Positions 43,268-53,908 of a stretch of DNA of 64,000 bases are shown piece by piece; positions within the stretch are counted from its first letter, which is position 1; each line of letters begins with the position of its first letter. The position numbers and the translations under genes were made by a program. The notes under the pieces are model-generated. The model ran no database searches. It was not told where the DNA came from and saw nothing but the letters and a program-made list of their open reading frames with translations. This DNA is from Eubacteriales bacterium (GTDB lineage: Bacteria > Bacillota > Clostridia > Oscillospirales > CAG-382): the NCBI GenBank assembly GCA_045537905.1, contig JAZSQJ010000067.1, positions 2,493 to 66,492 of the forward strand. The letters are read 5' to 3'.

Positions 43268-46200
43268 TTACTTAAAGTACTTAACTGCGGCCTCAAACAT
43301 ACGGATGTTATAGTTACCGGGAACGTTCTTGTAAAGTCCTGCACCAACTCTTTCGCTGTGACCCATTTTACCAAAAACTCTGCCATCGGGAGAGGTGATA
43401 CCCTCAATAGCAAACATAGAATCGTTGGGATTAAAGTGAACGTCACCGGTGGGATTACCTTCAAGGTCTACGTATTGGGTAGCAATCTGACCGTTTGCGG
43501 CAAGCCGCTTAATAAGCTCGGGGTCTGCAAGGAAGCGACCCTCGCCGTGAGAAATCGGCACGCTGTAAACATCGCCAACCTGGGTAAGTGCAAGCCAAGG
43601 AGACTTGTTGGAGGCGATACGGGTGCGAACTATACGGGATTGATGTCGGGCTATAGTATTGAAGGTCAAGGTGGGACAGCTTGCATCGGTATCGATAATC
43701 TTACCGTAAGGAACAAGCCCCAGCTTTATAAGTGCCTGGAAGCCGTTACAGATACCGCACATTAAACCGTCACGCTTTTCCAGAAGCTCTGTAACGCCCT
43801 CTTTAATAGCGGCATTACGGAAGAAAGCGGTTATAAACTTACCGCTACCGTCAGGCTCGTCGCCGCCGGAGAAGCCGCCGGGGATAAATACCATCTGGGC
43901 ATTCTTAAGCTTGCCTGCAAAGGCATCTATGCTCTCGCTGATGCCGGCGGCACTAAGGTTTTTGATAACAACTATTTCAGGCTCAGCACCTGCATCTCTT
44001 ACAGCCTTAGCGCTGTCATACTCACAGTTTGTACCGGGGAATGCAGGAATAAGCACCTTGGGCCTTGCAACCTTGATAGCCGCAGAGCGATGCTCGTCAA
44101 CAGAGTACTCAAACTTTTCCATAGGAGAGTTTGAGTCGGGGATATTACAGCTATAAACGCTTTCAAGCTTATCCTCGTAAATGCCAAGTAAGCTGTTGAG
44201 AGAAAGCTTTTCATCACCGTAGCTGATAACACCGTCATCTGTAACGGTACCTATAACAGCATCAGCAAAGCTATCATCCTTTACTTCCACAACGAAAGAA
44301 CCATAGCTGTAAGCAAACAGCTCGTCCAAAGCTACACCGCTGTTAAACTTAACGCCAAGACCGTTACCAAAGGCAGCCTTCATAACCGCCTCGGCAACAC
44401 CGCCCATACCGGGGGTATAACAGGAAACGGCAGAACCGCTGCGCATAAGACCGGTAACGTCTGCGAACAGCTTAATAAGAGAATCCGCAGTAGGAAGACC
44501 GTCCTCACCGTAAACAGGCTTAAGATGAACAAGCTTGTTGCCCGCCTTCTTAAGCTCGGGAGAGATAACTTCATCGGTTTTACCCGTAGTTACCGCAAAG
44601 GAAACAAGAGTAGGAGGAACATCCAGATTTTCAAAGGAACCACTCATAGAGTCCTTACCGCCGATAGAGCCTATACCAAGCTCAACCTGCGCTCTGAAGG
44701 CACCGAGCAAAGCAGACAAGGGCTTGCCCCAACGCTTGCCGTCCTTTCTTGGATGCTCAAAATATTCCTGGAAGGAAAGATAAACGTCCTCGAAGGAAGC
44801 ACCGGACGCTACAAGCTTTGCAACGGATTCAACCACTGCAAGATATGCACCGTGATAGGGGCTGGCTTCGGAGATATAGGGGTTGTATCCGAAGGACATA
44901 AAGGAGCAGGTATTTGTGTGCTCCTTCTCAACAGAAACCTTTTGCACCATGCTCTGGGCAGGGGTAAGCTGGTTGATACCGCCAAAGGGCATCAAAACAG
45001 TACCGGCGCCGATTGTAGAGTCAAACCTTTCGGAAAGACCGCGCTTAGAGCAGATGTTAAGGTCAGAAGCAAGGGCTTTATAGTTATCGGTAAAGCTACC
45101 GCTGACAGTTTTGTTCTTATACTCTGCCTTGGCAGGTGTTATGCTTATATGCTTTTCAGCACCGTTAGAGTTCAAAAACTCACGGCTTATATCAACAATC
45201 TTTTTACCGTTCCAGTTCATAACAAGTCTGGGAGACTCAGTAACAACGGCAACGGGGCAAGCCTGAAGATTTTCTTCAGCGGCAAGAGACAGGAAGGTAT
45301 TAACGTCCTTAGCCTCTATAACACCCGCCATACGCTCCTGAGACTCGCTTATAGCAAGCTCGGTACCGTCAAGACCCTCGTACTTTTTGGGTACGGCGTT
45401 AAGGTTTATTTCAAGACCGTCTGCAAGCTCACCGATAGCAACGGAAACACCGCCTGCACCAAAGTCGTTACAACGCTTGATAAGACGGGATGCCGCAGGA
45501 TTACGGAACAAACGCTGAAGCTTTCTTTCCTCGGGTGCATTACCCTTTTGTACTTCCGCACCGCAGGTTTCTACAGAGTGAGAATCGTGAGCCTTGGAGG
45601 AGCCTGTGGCACCGCCGATACCGTCTCTGCCCGTGCTACCGCCCAAAAGGATTACTACGTCACCTGCAGCAGGAACCTCTCTCCTTACGTTTTCAGCAGG
45701 TGCAGCCGCAATAACTGCACCGATTTCCATACGCTTAGCGGCATAACCGGGGTGATAAATCTCATCAACTATACCCGTGGCAAGACCTATCTGGTTACCG
45801 TAGGAGGAATAACCTGCAGCAGCAGTAGTAACTATTTTACGCTGAGGAAGCTTACCCTTTATGGTCTCGCTGACAGGCTTCAAGGGATCAGCCGCACCGG
45901 TAACACGCATTGCACCGTATACGTAGGAACGGCCGGAAAGAGGGTCACGGATCGCACCGCCTATACAGGTAGCCGCACCGCCAAAGGGCTCGATTTCCGT
46001 AGGATGGTTGTGGGTTTCGTTCTTGAACAGCAACAACCAGGGCTCGCTCTTGCCATTGATTTCAACGTCAATTTTAACAGTACAAGCGTTAATCTCCTCA
46101 GACTCATCAAGCTTATCAAGCTTGCCGTTTTTCTTAAGATATCTGACTGCAAGGGTTGCAATATCCATAAGGCAAACAGGCTTTGTTCTGCCAAGCTCGC

Positions 46201-46957
46201 CACGCATAGCTATATAACTATCATAGGTCTTTTGAAGGAGCTCGTCCTCAAAAACAACGTTATCAATAATAGTCTGGAAGGTGGTATGACGGCAATGGTC
46301 AGACCAATAGGTATCTATCATCCTGATTTCGGTGATAGTGGGGTCGCGGTTTTCCTCTATAAAATACTTCTGGCAAAAAGCAATATCCTCGTTATCCATC
46401 GCCAGACCGTAATTCTTTACAAAGGCAGCCAAGCCTTCCTTATCAAGCTTGGTGAAGCCGTCGATAGTTTTAACCTCGGTAGGAATATCGTATTCAACCG
46501 CAAGGGTCTCAGGCTTTTCAAGGGTAGCTTCCCTTGCCTCAACGGGGTTAATAACATACTTTTTAATCTCTGCAATCTCAGCATCGCTAAGTGTACCGTA
46601 CAAAACGTAAACCTTAGCTGTGCGGATGATAGGTCTGTCACCGCAGGATATGATCTGGATACACTGCGCCGCAGAGTCTGCCCGCTGGTCAAACTGACCG
46701 GGTAAAAACTCAACGGCAAAAACATAAGCGTCGCCGCAATCCAAGGACTCTGTAGCTATGTCAAGCTGAGGCTCGGAAAATACCGTGCCAATAGAGTAAT
46801 TAAACAGCTCCTCTGTTATGTTTTCGGCGTCATAACGGTTTATAACACGCACGTCGCTAAGATTAGTAATGCCAAGCAGAGTGCGAGCATCGGAAAGGAG
46901 AGACTTTGCTTCGTTAGCAAGCTCTTTTTTCTTTTCTACAAAAACTCTGTAAACCAT
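43268..46957 (-). CDS. purL: Phosphoribosylformylglycinamidine synthase, single-chain large form
   Basis: 1229 aa. The FGAM synthetase domains are fused to a C-terminal glutaminase domain (GICNGFQAL, GHSER). Confidence 0.95.
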   Translation of the reverse strand: MVYRVFVEKKKELANEAKSLLSDARTLLGITNLSDVRVINRYDAENITEELFNYSIGTVFSEPQLDIATESLDCGDAYVFAVEFLPGQFDQRADSAAQCIQIISCGDRPIIRTAKVYVLYGTLSDAEIAEIKKYVINPVEAREATLEKPETLAVEYDIPTEVKTIDGFTKLDKEGLAAFVKNYGLAMDNEDIAFCQKYFIEENRDPTITEIRMIDTYWSDHCRHTTFQTIIDNVVFEDELLQKTYDSYIAMRGELGRTKPVCLMDIATLAVRYLKKNGKLDKLDESEEINACTVKIDVEINGKSEPWLLLFKNETHNHPTEIEPFGGAATCIGGAIRDPLSGRSYVYGAMRVTGAADPLKPVSETIKGKLPQRKIVTTAAAGYSSYGNQIGLATGIVDEIYHPGYAAKRMEIGAVIAAAPAENVRREVPAAGDVVILLGGSTGRDGIGGATGSSKAHDSHSVETCGAEVQKGNAPEERKLQRLFRNPAASRLIKRCNDFGAGGVSVAIGELADGLEINLNAVPKKYEGLDGTELAISESQERMAGVIEAKDVNTFLSLAAEENLQACPVAVVTESPRLVMNWNGKKIVDISREFLNSNGAEKHISITPAKAEYKNKTVSGSFTDNYKALASDLNICSKRGLSERFDSTIGAGTVLMPFGGINQLTPAQSMVQKVSVEKEHTNTCSFMSFGYNPYISEASPYHGAYLAVVESVAKLVASGASFEDVYLSFQEYFEHPRKDGKRWGKPLSALLGAFRAQVELGIGSIGGKDSMSGSFENLDVPPTLVSFAVTTGKTDEVISPELKKAGNKLVHLKPVYGEDGLPTADSLIKLFADVTGLMRSGSAVSCYTPGMGGVAEAVMKAAFGNGLGVKFNSGVALDELFAYSYGSFVVEVKDDSFADAVIGTVTDDGVISYGDEKLSLNSLLGIYEDKLESVYSCNIPDSNSPMEKFEYSVDEHRSAAIKVARPKVLIPAFPGTNCEYDSAKAVRDAGAEPEIVVIKNLSAAGISESIDAFAGKLKNAQMVFIPGGFSGGDEPDGSGKFITAFFRNAAIKEGVTELLEKRDGLMCGICNGFQALIKLGLVPYGKIIDTDASCPTLTFNTIARHQSRIVRTRIASNKSPWLALTQVGDVYSVPISHGEGRFLADPELIKRLAANGQIATQYVDLEGNPTGDVHFNPNDSMFAIEGITSPDGRVFGKMGHSERVGAGLYKNVPGNYNIRMFEAAVKYFK

Positions 46958-46959
46958 CC

Positions 46960-48234
46960 TTAGTCCTCCTTGTTAGCTTTTAATGCACGGGCACCAATGT
47001 CGCTGCGGTAGAACGCCCCCTCAAAGCCTACACGCTTAACCATAGCGTAAGATTTATCAATAGCTTCCTTAAGTGTGGGTGCTGTAGCCGTAATACCGAG
47101 GACACGGCCGCCGCCGGTAAGAAGTTTGCCGTCCTTTTCTACCGCACCTGCAACGTATACACTGCCCTGTATATCGTCAGGTATGGTTATCTCAAAGCCC
47201 TTCTTGTAAGAGCCGGGATAACCGCCGGAAGCAAGGATAACACAGCAGGCACTTTCATCCTTAAACTCCACGTTAAGAACATCAAGGGTGCCCTTTGTAG
47301 TAGCCTGCATAACGGTAAGTAAATCTGTGTTCAAAAGGGGCAGAACCACCTGGGTCTCAGGGTCACCGAAACGGCAGTTATATTCTATAACCTTAGGTCC
47401 CTTAGGGGTAAGCATAAGACCGAAGTACAAGCAGCCCTTAAAGCTTCTTCCCTCTGCATTCATAGCTTTTACCGTGGGAAGGAAAATAGTTTCCATACAC
47501 TCTTTGGCGATTTCCTTAGTGTAATAGGGGTTGGGGGCGATTGTGCCCATACCGCCTGTATTAAGACCTGTATCATTATCCCCTGCACGCTTGTGGTCCA
47601 TGGAGGAAACCATAGGAACAAGAGTTTTACCGTCGGTGAAAGCCAGAACAGAAACCTCGGGGCCCGTAAGGAACTCCTCGATTACAATGCTGTCACCGCT
47701 TTTGCCAAAGACCTTATCAGCCATCATAGATTTAACAGCGTCGTAAGCCTCTTCACGGGTTTGTGCTATAATAACGCCCTTGCCGAGAGCCAGACCGTTA
47801 GCCTTGATAACGGTAGGAATAGCCGCAGTTTTAAGGTATTCCAACGCTTTATCCATATTATCAAATACTTCATATTCTGCAGTGGGAATACCGTATTTTT
47901 TCATAAGATTTTTAGAAAAAACCTTACTGCCTTCGATTATTGCCGCAGCTTTGTTTGGACCAAAGCAAGGAATACCTACCGACTCCAGCTCGTCAACACA
48001 GCCTAACACAAGGGGGTCATCGGGTGCAACAACTGCATAATCTATGCCCTTATCAACTGCAAACTGCTTGATAGCCGCTAAGTCTGTTGCTTTGATATCA
48101 ACAATCTGTGCATCCTTTGCAATGCCGCCGTTACCGGGCAAGGCATATATTTGAGTAATATTTTTGTTTTCTTTCAGTTTTTTGATTATGGCGTGTTCTC
48201 TGCCTCCGCCACCAACAACCATTATTTTCATCAA
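46960..48234 (-). CDS. purD: Phosphoribosylamine--glycine ligase
   Basis: MKIMVVGGGGREHAI and an ATP-grasp core. 424 aa. Confidence 0.95.
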   Translation of the reverse strand: MMKIMVVGGGGREHAIIKKLKENKNITQIYALPGNGGIAKDAQIVDIKATDLAAIKQFAVDKGIDYAVVAPDDPLVLGCVDELESVGIPCFGPNKAAAIIEGSKVFSKNLMKKYGIPTAEYEVFDNMDKALEYLKTAAIPTVIKANGLALGKGVIIAQTREEAYDAVKSMMADKVFGKSGDSIVIEEFLTGPEVSVLAFTDGKTLVPMVSSMDHKRAGDNDTGLNTGGMGTIAPNPYYTKEIAKECMETIFLPTVKAMNAEGRSFKGCLYFGLMLTPKGPKVIEYNCRFGDPETQVVLPLLNTDLLTVMQATTKGTLDVLNVEFKDESACCVILASGGYPGSYKKGFEITIPDDIQGSVYVAGAVEKDGKLLTGGGRVLGITATAPTLKEAIDKSYAMVKRVGFEGAFYRSDIGARALKANKED

Positions 48235-48242
48235 ACTACTCC

Positions 48243-49427
48243 TTAATGATGGAACAAACGCATACCGGTAAACGCCATAGCCATACCGTACTTATCACAG
48301 CACTCAATTACCAGATCATCACGGATAGAGCCACCGGGCTCTGCAATATATTTAACGCCGCTACGCTTAGCTCTTTCGATGTTGTCACTGAAGGGGAAGA
48401 AGGCGTCGGAACCAAGGGCAACGCCATCCTTGGTTGCGAGATATGCTTTGATTTCGTCATCAGTAAGAGGCTCGGGCTGGGAGGTAAAATACTTCTGCCA
48501 GTTGCCGTCTGCACAAACGTCCTCTTCGTTTCTGTTTATGTAGCCGTCTATAACGTTATCTCTCTCAGGTCTGCCGATATCAGCCTTGAAGGGTAAGGAA
48601 AGAACCTTGTCATGCTGACGAAGGAACCAAGTGTCTGCCTTGGAGCCGGCAAGACGGGTACAGTGGATACGGGACTGCTGACCTGCACCAACGCCGATAG
48701 CCTGACCGTCAACTGCATAGCAAACAGAGTTGGACTGGGTGTACTTAAGAGTGATAAGAGCAACGATGAGGTCTCTTACCGCACTTTCGGGAAGGTCCTT
48801 ATTTTGGGTAACGATATTGGAAAGAAGCGCCTTGTTAATCTCGAAATTGTTTCTTCCCTGCTCGAAGGTTATACCAAAGACCTGCTTATGCTCTGCAAGG
48901 TCGGGAACGTAATTGGGGTCTATCTTAACTATATTGTAGTTGCCGTTTCTCTTGGTCTTAAGGATTTCCAAAGCCTCAGGCTCATAACCGGGAGCGATAA
49001 CACCGTCAGAAACCTCACGCTTGATCATTTTTGCGGTAACAACGTCACAAACGTCGCTGAGGGCAACCCAGTCACCAAAGGAGCACATTCTGTCAGTGCC
49101 GCGGGCACGGGCGTAAGCACAGCCAAGAGGAGACTCATCCAGACCCTCAATATCGTCAACGAAGCAAGCCTTTTTAAGCTTATCGGACAAAGGGATACCA
49201 ACAGCGGCAGAGGTAGGACTAACGTGCTTGAAGGAGGTAACGGCAGGCATACCGAGAGCTTCCTTAAGCTCCTTTACAAGCTGCCAGCTATTGAAAGCAT
49301 CAAGAAAATTAATAAAGCCGGGACGACCGTTTATTATTTCTATAGGAAGCTCGCTACCGTCGTGCATATAAATTTTAGCAGGCTTTTGGTTAGGATTACA
49401 ACCGTATTTAAGTTCAAATTCTTTCAT
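48243..49427 (-). CDS. purH: AICAR formyltransferase (PurH transformylase domain only, no MGS-like IMP cyclohydrolase domain)
   Basis: LKYGCNPNQ, SFKHVSPTSAAVG and GGSIRD. 394 aa. Confidence 0.9.
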   Translation of the reverse strand: MKEFELKYGCNPNQKPAKIYMHDGSELPIEIINGRPGFINFLDAFNSWQLVKELKEALGMPAVTSFKHVSPTSAAVGIPLSDKLKKACFVDDIEGLDESPLGCAYARARGTDRMCSFGDWVALSDVCDVVTAKMIKREVSDGVIAPGYEPEALEILKTKRNGNYNIVKIDPNYVPDLAEHKQVFGITFEQGRNNFEINKALLSNIVTQNKDLPESAVRDLIVALITLKYTQSNSVCYAVDGQAIGVGAGQQSRIHCTRLAGSKADTWFLRQHDKVLSLPFKADIGRPERDNVIDGYINRNEEDVCADGNWQKYFTSQPEPLTDDEIKAYLATKDGVALGSDAFFPFSDNIERAKRSGVKYIAEPGGSIRDDLVIECCDKYGMAMAFTGMRLFHH

Positions 49428-49448
49428 TGTATAATCTCCTTACAGCAA

Positions 49449-50165
49449 TTAGTTTTTGTTTATAAGACGGGATGCAACGTCACCGGTCTTAAGGTCGGTA
49501 TAACGAACGTAAAGGGAAATTTTGTTGTTTTCATCAAGAGCGTTCCACAGTGTATTTGTGAAAGCATCAATATCATCGGGGATAGCAACACGCTCAGGCT
49601 CACCCTGGAAAGTGGGAATGGGGTTACCGTCGCAAACGTATGTATGGATAAAGTGGCCAAGACCAGCAACGGAAGGATAAGAGAAGGTGAAACGGGCACA
49701 GTCACTTCCCTCTGCGTCGATGCTCTTAAGAATGCTCATCTCATAAGTAAAGCTGTTATCAGCAAAAGCGAGCATACCGCTTATACGGGGAGTAAGGTTG
49801 GGAGCATCAGGCTCAAACTGACGGGCGGTTAACGCCTGACTGAAGGACTTACCTTCCTTAAGACCGTTATAAATAGTATCAGTCTGGTCACCGTTGGTAA
49901 CGATAAGCTTGTTTTCAAAGGAACGAAGAGCCGCATAAATGATAAGACTGGGATCCTCTACCTTAGAGGCGTCAAAAGGCTCGGTAAACAAAGCGCCGTC
50001 ACGCTCGGTAAACACACGGTTTCTGCTGTTAGCGCTTCTGCCCATTATGAAGTATGCAGTGCACGCCTTACTGCCGTCGGCACTTGTACCGATAACGATA
50101 CCTCTGCCAACGTAGGAATTGCCCTCAATAAGCTTGTCAATTTGATTAATCTTGTAAATATCCAT
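49449..50165 (-). CDS. purO: IMP cyclohydrolase, PurO (archaeal) type
   Basis: YVGRGIVIG...YFIMGRSANSRNR at the N-terminus is typical of the PurO-like family. It lies directly upstream of the AICARFT-only purH gene in the direction of transcription. Confidence 0.75.
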   Translation of the reverse strand: MDIYKINQIDKLIEGNSYVGRGIVIGTSADGSKACTAYFIMGRSANSRNRVFTERDGALFTEPFDASKVEDPSLIIYAALRSFENKLIVTNGDQTDTIYNGLKEGKSFSQALTARQFEPDAPNLTPRISGMLAFADNSFTYEMSILKSIDAEGSDCARFTFSYPSVAGLGHFIHTYVCDGNPIPTFQGEPERVAIPDDIDAFTNTLWNALDENNKISLYVRYTDLKTGDVASRLINKN

Positions 50166-50181
50166 TTTATATTCCCCTTTA

Positions 50182-50793
50182 TTATTTTTCCTTAATTATC
50201 TCCGCACAAACCTTTTCGGCTGCAGCGGGTAAAATTTTCCATTCAGCTAAACGCATAACACGCTTTTGTAACACCTCGGGAGTGTCTCCCTCGTGTATGG
50301 TAACCGCCTTTTGCAAAATAATCTCTCCCCCATCGGGTATCTCATTTACAAAATGTACTGTAGCACCTGTTACCTTAACTCCCTTTGCCAAAGCAGCCTC
50401 GTGTACACGTAGACCGTAAAAGCCTTCTCCGCAAAAGGAAGGTATCAAGGACGGATGTACGTTTATAATGCGTTTTGCAAAACGGTCTGTAAACCTTTTG
50501 CTGAGTATAGACATAAAGCCTGCAAGTATAATAAGGTCGGTTCCCTGTTCCTCGAGAGCATTAATCAAAGCATCCTCAAACAGCTCCTGACTGCCGCAGG
50601 ACTTTTTAGTTATAACCACAGAGGGAATGCCAGCCTTGGTAGCACGCTCAAGAGCGTATGCCCCCTCTTTATTGGATATCACCAAGGTAATCTTACCGCT
50701 GGTTATAACGCCTTTCTTTTCCGCATCAATAAGTGCCTGCAAATTTGTGCCGCCGCCGGAAACCAATACAGCTATTTTAGCCGTTTTTTGCAT
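50182..50793 (-). CDS. purN: Phosphoribosylglycinamide formyltransferase
   Basis: VLVSGGGTNLQALID and NVHPSLIP. I chose the start at ATG 50793 (RBS AAGGAGG) instead of 50823. Confidence 0.9.
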   Translation of the reverse strand: MQKTAKIAVLVSGGGTNLQALIDAEKKGVITSGKITLVISNKEGAYALERATKAGIPSVVITKKSCGSQELFEDALINALEEQGTDLIILAGFMSILSKRFTDRFAKRIINVHPSLIPSFCGEGFYGLRVHEAALAKGVKVTGATVHFVNEIPDGGEIILQKAVTIHEGDTPEVLQKRVMRLAEWKILPAAAEKVCAEIIKEK

Positions 50794-51418
50794 CACTAAT
50801 AGCCTCCTTGCCGTATTTTTCAAGCAAAGCCATCATTATAGCACCAAGTCCGTTGCTTACTATAATTATAGCTATAAAACTAAATACCTTAGGCTCCACA
50901 ATGCCAGATGCGGTGAAATAGAACATATCCGCAATAGAGTGTTCAAAGCCGCTGAGTATAAATACAGGTATACAGAAAATGATACCCGATATGGTATTTT
51001 TGCTTCTGTAAATGCAAACGGCAAGATACATAAGCACGCCGCAAAGCATACCGCGTATAATAGACTGCCCTATCTCCTGCTCCAATCTTGCCTCGCAGGC
51101 AAGCTTTGCAGTTTCAGCAAGGGCGGGTATAGCATACTTTACAGCCAAGCCCATTATTACGGTGCCGATTGCGTTACCCAGCAAGCCTAAAAGCAATACG
51201 GACCAGGCTTTTCTGCTGCCATCATCAACAAGAAAGCCAACCTTGCCAGTAAACAAGGAGTAGCCTCTGTAGCAGATAACCAACAAGGCAACGGCAAACA
51301 GTGTAGCACCAACAAACTTTGTTGTAACATCGTTGGCGAGGGCAAGAAATACGCAACCGCCAATGGAAACCATCAAGCCTGCGGATATACCGCTGATTAT
51401 ACGCCTTAGCATATACAT
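50777..51418 (-). CDS. Formate/nitrite transporter (FNT) family channel, short 6-TM form
   Basis: The FNT signature [14 protein letters not shown] and six hydrophobic segments. It overlaps the purM stop and the purN start. Confidence 0.8.
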   Translation of the reverse strand: MYMLRRIISGISAGLMVSIGGCVFLALANDVTTKFVGATLFAVALLVICYRGYSLFTGKVGFLVDDGSRKAWSVLLLGLLGNAIGTVIMGLAVKYAIPALAETAKLACEARLEQEIGQSIIRGMLCGVLMYLAVCIYRSKNTISGIIFCIPVFILSGFEHSIADMFYFTASGIVEPKVFSFIAIIIVSNGLGAIMMALLEKYGKEAISDAKNG

Positions 51419-52449
51419 ATCTTTTCCTCGGACTCAATGATTTCGCCTATAACGTAAGCGTCTTCTCCGTTAGCCTTGAGTATAGCTATAGCCTTGTCAA
51501 CATCCTCGGCGCCAACAACAACGCTCATACCAACGCCCATATTGAAGGTATTGAACATATCTCTTTCAGAAATGCCGCCCGTCTTTGCGATGAGGTCGAA
51601 TATAGGAAGTATCTTAACTGCGGACTTTTCTATCCTTGCGCCAAGACCTTCGGGAATGCTACGGGGAATGTTCTCGTAGAAGCCGCCGCCTGTTATATGA
51701 GAGATGCCCTTAACCGCAACCTCTTCAAGCAAAGCAAGGATGGGCTTAACGTAAATCCTTGTAGGAGCAAGCAAAGTTTCGCCTATAGACTTACCGCCAA
51801 GCTCTGCAACGGGAGTCTTTATATCCTTGTTCTCGACGTCAAACACCTTACGAACAAGAGAAAAACCGTTGGAGTGAACGCCGGAGGAAGGAAGAGCTAT
51901 AACCACGTCGCCTGCCTTCATAGTCTTGTTGTCGATAATCTTAGCCTTATCAACGATACCTGTGCAATAGCCTGCAAGGTCGTATTCATCCACGGGGTAA
52001 AAACCGGGCATTTCTGCTGTTTCGCCGCCGATAAGAGCCGCACCGGACTGTACACAGCCATCGCAAACGCCCTTAACTATATCAGCAATACGCTCAGGAA
52101 CGTTTTTACCGCAAGCGATATAATCAAGGAAAAACAGGGGTTTTGCACCGCTACAGATAATATCGTTTACACACATTGCAACACAGTCGATACCAACCGT
52201 GTCGTGCTTGTCCATAATAAAAGCAATCTTAAGCTTAGTGCCAACACCGTCGGTGCCGCTGACAAGTACAGGACGGCTTATACCGGTAAGATCAAGCTCA
52301 AACAAGCCGCCAAAGCCGCCAACGTCAGAGCAAACACCTTTTGTAAGGGTAGTTGCAATATGTTTTTTCATAAGCTCAACAGCCTTGTAACCTGCTGTTA
52401 TATCAACGCCCGCTGCTGCGTAGCTATCAGATTTGGATTGTGTATGCAT
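51406..52449 (-). CDS. purM: Phosphoribosylformylglycinamidine cyclo-ligase (AIR synthetase)
   Basis: [16 protein letters not shown] and [10 protein letters not shown] chose the start at MHTQSK (52449). Confidence 0.93.
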   Translation of the reverse strand: MHTQSKSDSYAAAGVDITAGYKAVELMKKHIATTLTKGVCSDVGGFGGLFELDLTGISRPVLVSGTDGVGTKLKIAFIMDKHDTVGIDCVAMCVNDIICSGAKPLFFLDYIACGKNVPERIADIVKGVCDGCVQSGAALIGGETAEMPGFYPVDEYDLAGYCTGIVDKAKIIDNKTMKAGDVVIALPSSGVHSNGFSLVRKVFDVENKDIKTPVAELGGKSIGETLLAPTRIYVKPILALLEEVAVKGISHITGGGFYENIPRSIPEGLGARIEKSAVKILPIFDLIAKTGGISERDMFNTFNMGVGMSVVVGAEDVDKAIAILKANGEDAYVIGEIIESEEKICIC

Positions 52450-52454
52450 AATTA

Positions 52455-53879
52455 TTATTCCTTTCCGTTCCAGCAATAGGTACAAAGCTTACAGGGCTCG
52501 ATACCTATAGCGTCTATTAAACCTTGTAATGACTGAAATTCAATTGAAGCCAAATGTAGCTCTTTGCAAATCTTTTCTCTGAACTTTTTACCGCGTTCGG
52601 TAGAAGAATCGCTGTATTCCTCGATATACTTAAAACCTTCTTCACCCTCAAGCTCCATAATAACACGGCGTGCAATAAGCTCCATGTCGTTGGTAGCCCT
52701 TGTAAAGTTAAGGTACTTACAGCCAAACATTATAGGAGGACAAGCGGAACGCATATGCACTGCCTTTGCCCCGTTTTCGTAAAGGAAATCTACCGTTTCC
52801 TTAAGCTGAGTACCTCGTACAATCGAGTCGTCAACAAACAACAAGCTTTTGTCGATAATAAGCTCGTGTACCGGTATCTGCTTCATTTTTGCAACTTTTC
52901 TGCGTTCCTTTTGACTGGTAGGCATAAAGCTACGAGCCCAAGTGGGAGTGTATTTTATAAAAGCTCTTGCAAAAGGTAAGCTGCTTTTATTGGCGTATCC
53001 TATTGCGTGAGGCGTGCCCGAATCGGGAACACCGCCGATATAGTCAACGTCCACTGCATTACCTACGTGCATATCGTGCTCCGCCATTATCTCACCGTTG
53101 CGGTAACGCATCATTTCTACGTTAACACCCTCATACGTAGACGTAGGGTAACCGTAATAGCTCCACAAGAAGGAGCAAACACGCATCTCCTTGCCTGGAG
53201 CCGAAAGAACGGTAACGCTATCAGCAGTGATTTCCACTATCTCGCCCGGACCAAGCTCCTTTATTCTTTCATATTCAAGCTTGATATAAGCAAAATCCTC
53301 AAAGGAAACGCAATGTCCGGTCTCGCTTTTGCCCACGGTAACAGGAGTTCTGCCCAATCTGTCACGGGCAGCTATAATAGAGCCGTCATCCTTAAGCACC
53401 AGTATAGAAGCAGAGCCCTCTATTTCCTTTTGAGCAAATTTGATACCTTCGATAAAATTGCTCTTTTGATTTATCAAAGCAGCAACAAGCTCGGTGCTGT
53501 TAATGTTGCCGCTGGTCATTGCATTAAAATGACCGCCGCTAAAGGATAGATAATGGTCAACCAGACTATCAGAGTTATTAATTATGCCGATAACACAAAT
53601 GGCATAGGTACCAAGACTGGACCTTATAAGCAGAGGTTGAGGGTCGTAGTCACTGATACAGCCTATGGCAGAGTTGCCCTGCATCTCCTCAAACACGTGC
53701 TCAAACTTAGTCCTAAATGGTGAATTTTCAATATTATGTATTACACGCTGTAAGCCTATTTTTTCATCAAAAACAGCCATACCTCCGCGGCGCGTGCCAA
53801 GATGTGAGTGGTAGTCTGTTCCAAAGAAAACATCACCTACAGCATCGCCTTTGCAAGCAGCACCAAAAAACCCGCCCAT
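52455..53879 (-). CDS. purF: Amidophosphoribosyltransferase homolog lacking the N-terminal nucleophile Cys
   Basis: PRTase motif [13 protein letters not shown] and a PurF-like layout. The N-terminus is MGGFFGAAC..., with a strong RBS AAGGAGG 6 nt upstream, not MCG[IV]. Confidence 0.8.
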   Translation of the reverse strand: MGGFFGAACKGDAVGDVFFGTDYHSHLGTRRGGMAVFDEKIGLQRVIHNIENSPFRTKFEHVFEEMQGNSAIGCISDYDPQPLLIRSSLGTYAICVIGIINNSDSLVDHYLSFSGGHFNAMTSGNINSTELVAALINQKSNFIEGIKFAQKEIEGSASILVLKDDGSIIAARDRLGRTPVTVGKSETGHCVSFEDFAYIKLEYERIKELGPGEIVEITADSVTVLSAPGKEMRVCSFLWSYYGYPTSTYEGVNVEMMRYRNGEIMAEHDMHVGNAVDVDYIGGVPDSGTPHAIGYANKSSLPFARAFIKYTPTWARSFMPTSQKERRKVAKMKQIPVHELIIDKSLLFVDDSIVRGTQLKETVDFLYENGAKAVHMRSACPPIMFGCKYLNFTRATNDMELIARRVIMELEGEEGFKYIEEYSDSSTERGKKFREKICKELHLASIEFQSLQGLIDAIGIEPCKLCTYCWNGKE

Positions 53880-53908
53880 AAACTCCCTCCTTATAATAGT
53901 ACTATATA

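Noticed and set aside
44525-46705. A 726-aa plus-strand ORF antisense to purL. Similar cases: 42159-43241 opposite fhs, 48612-49832 opposite purH/purO, and 51697-52479 opposite purM.
   Set aside because: The same shadow-ORF explanation applies. The minus-strand products match well-known enzymes end to end, and the plus-strand ORFs have no RBS or recognisable domains.
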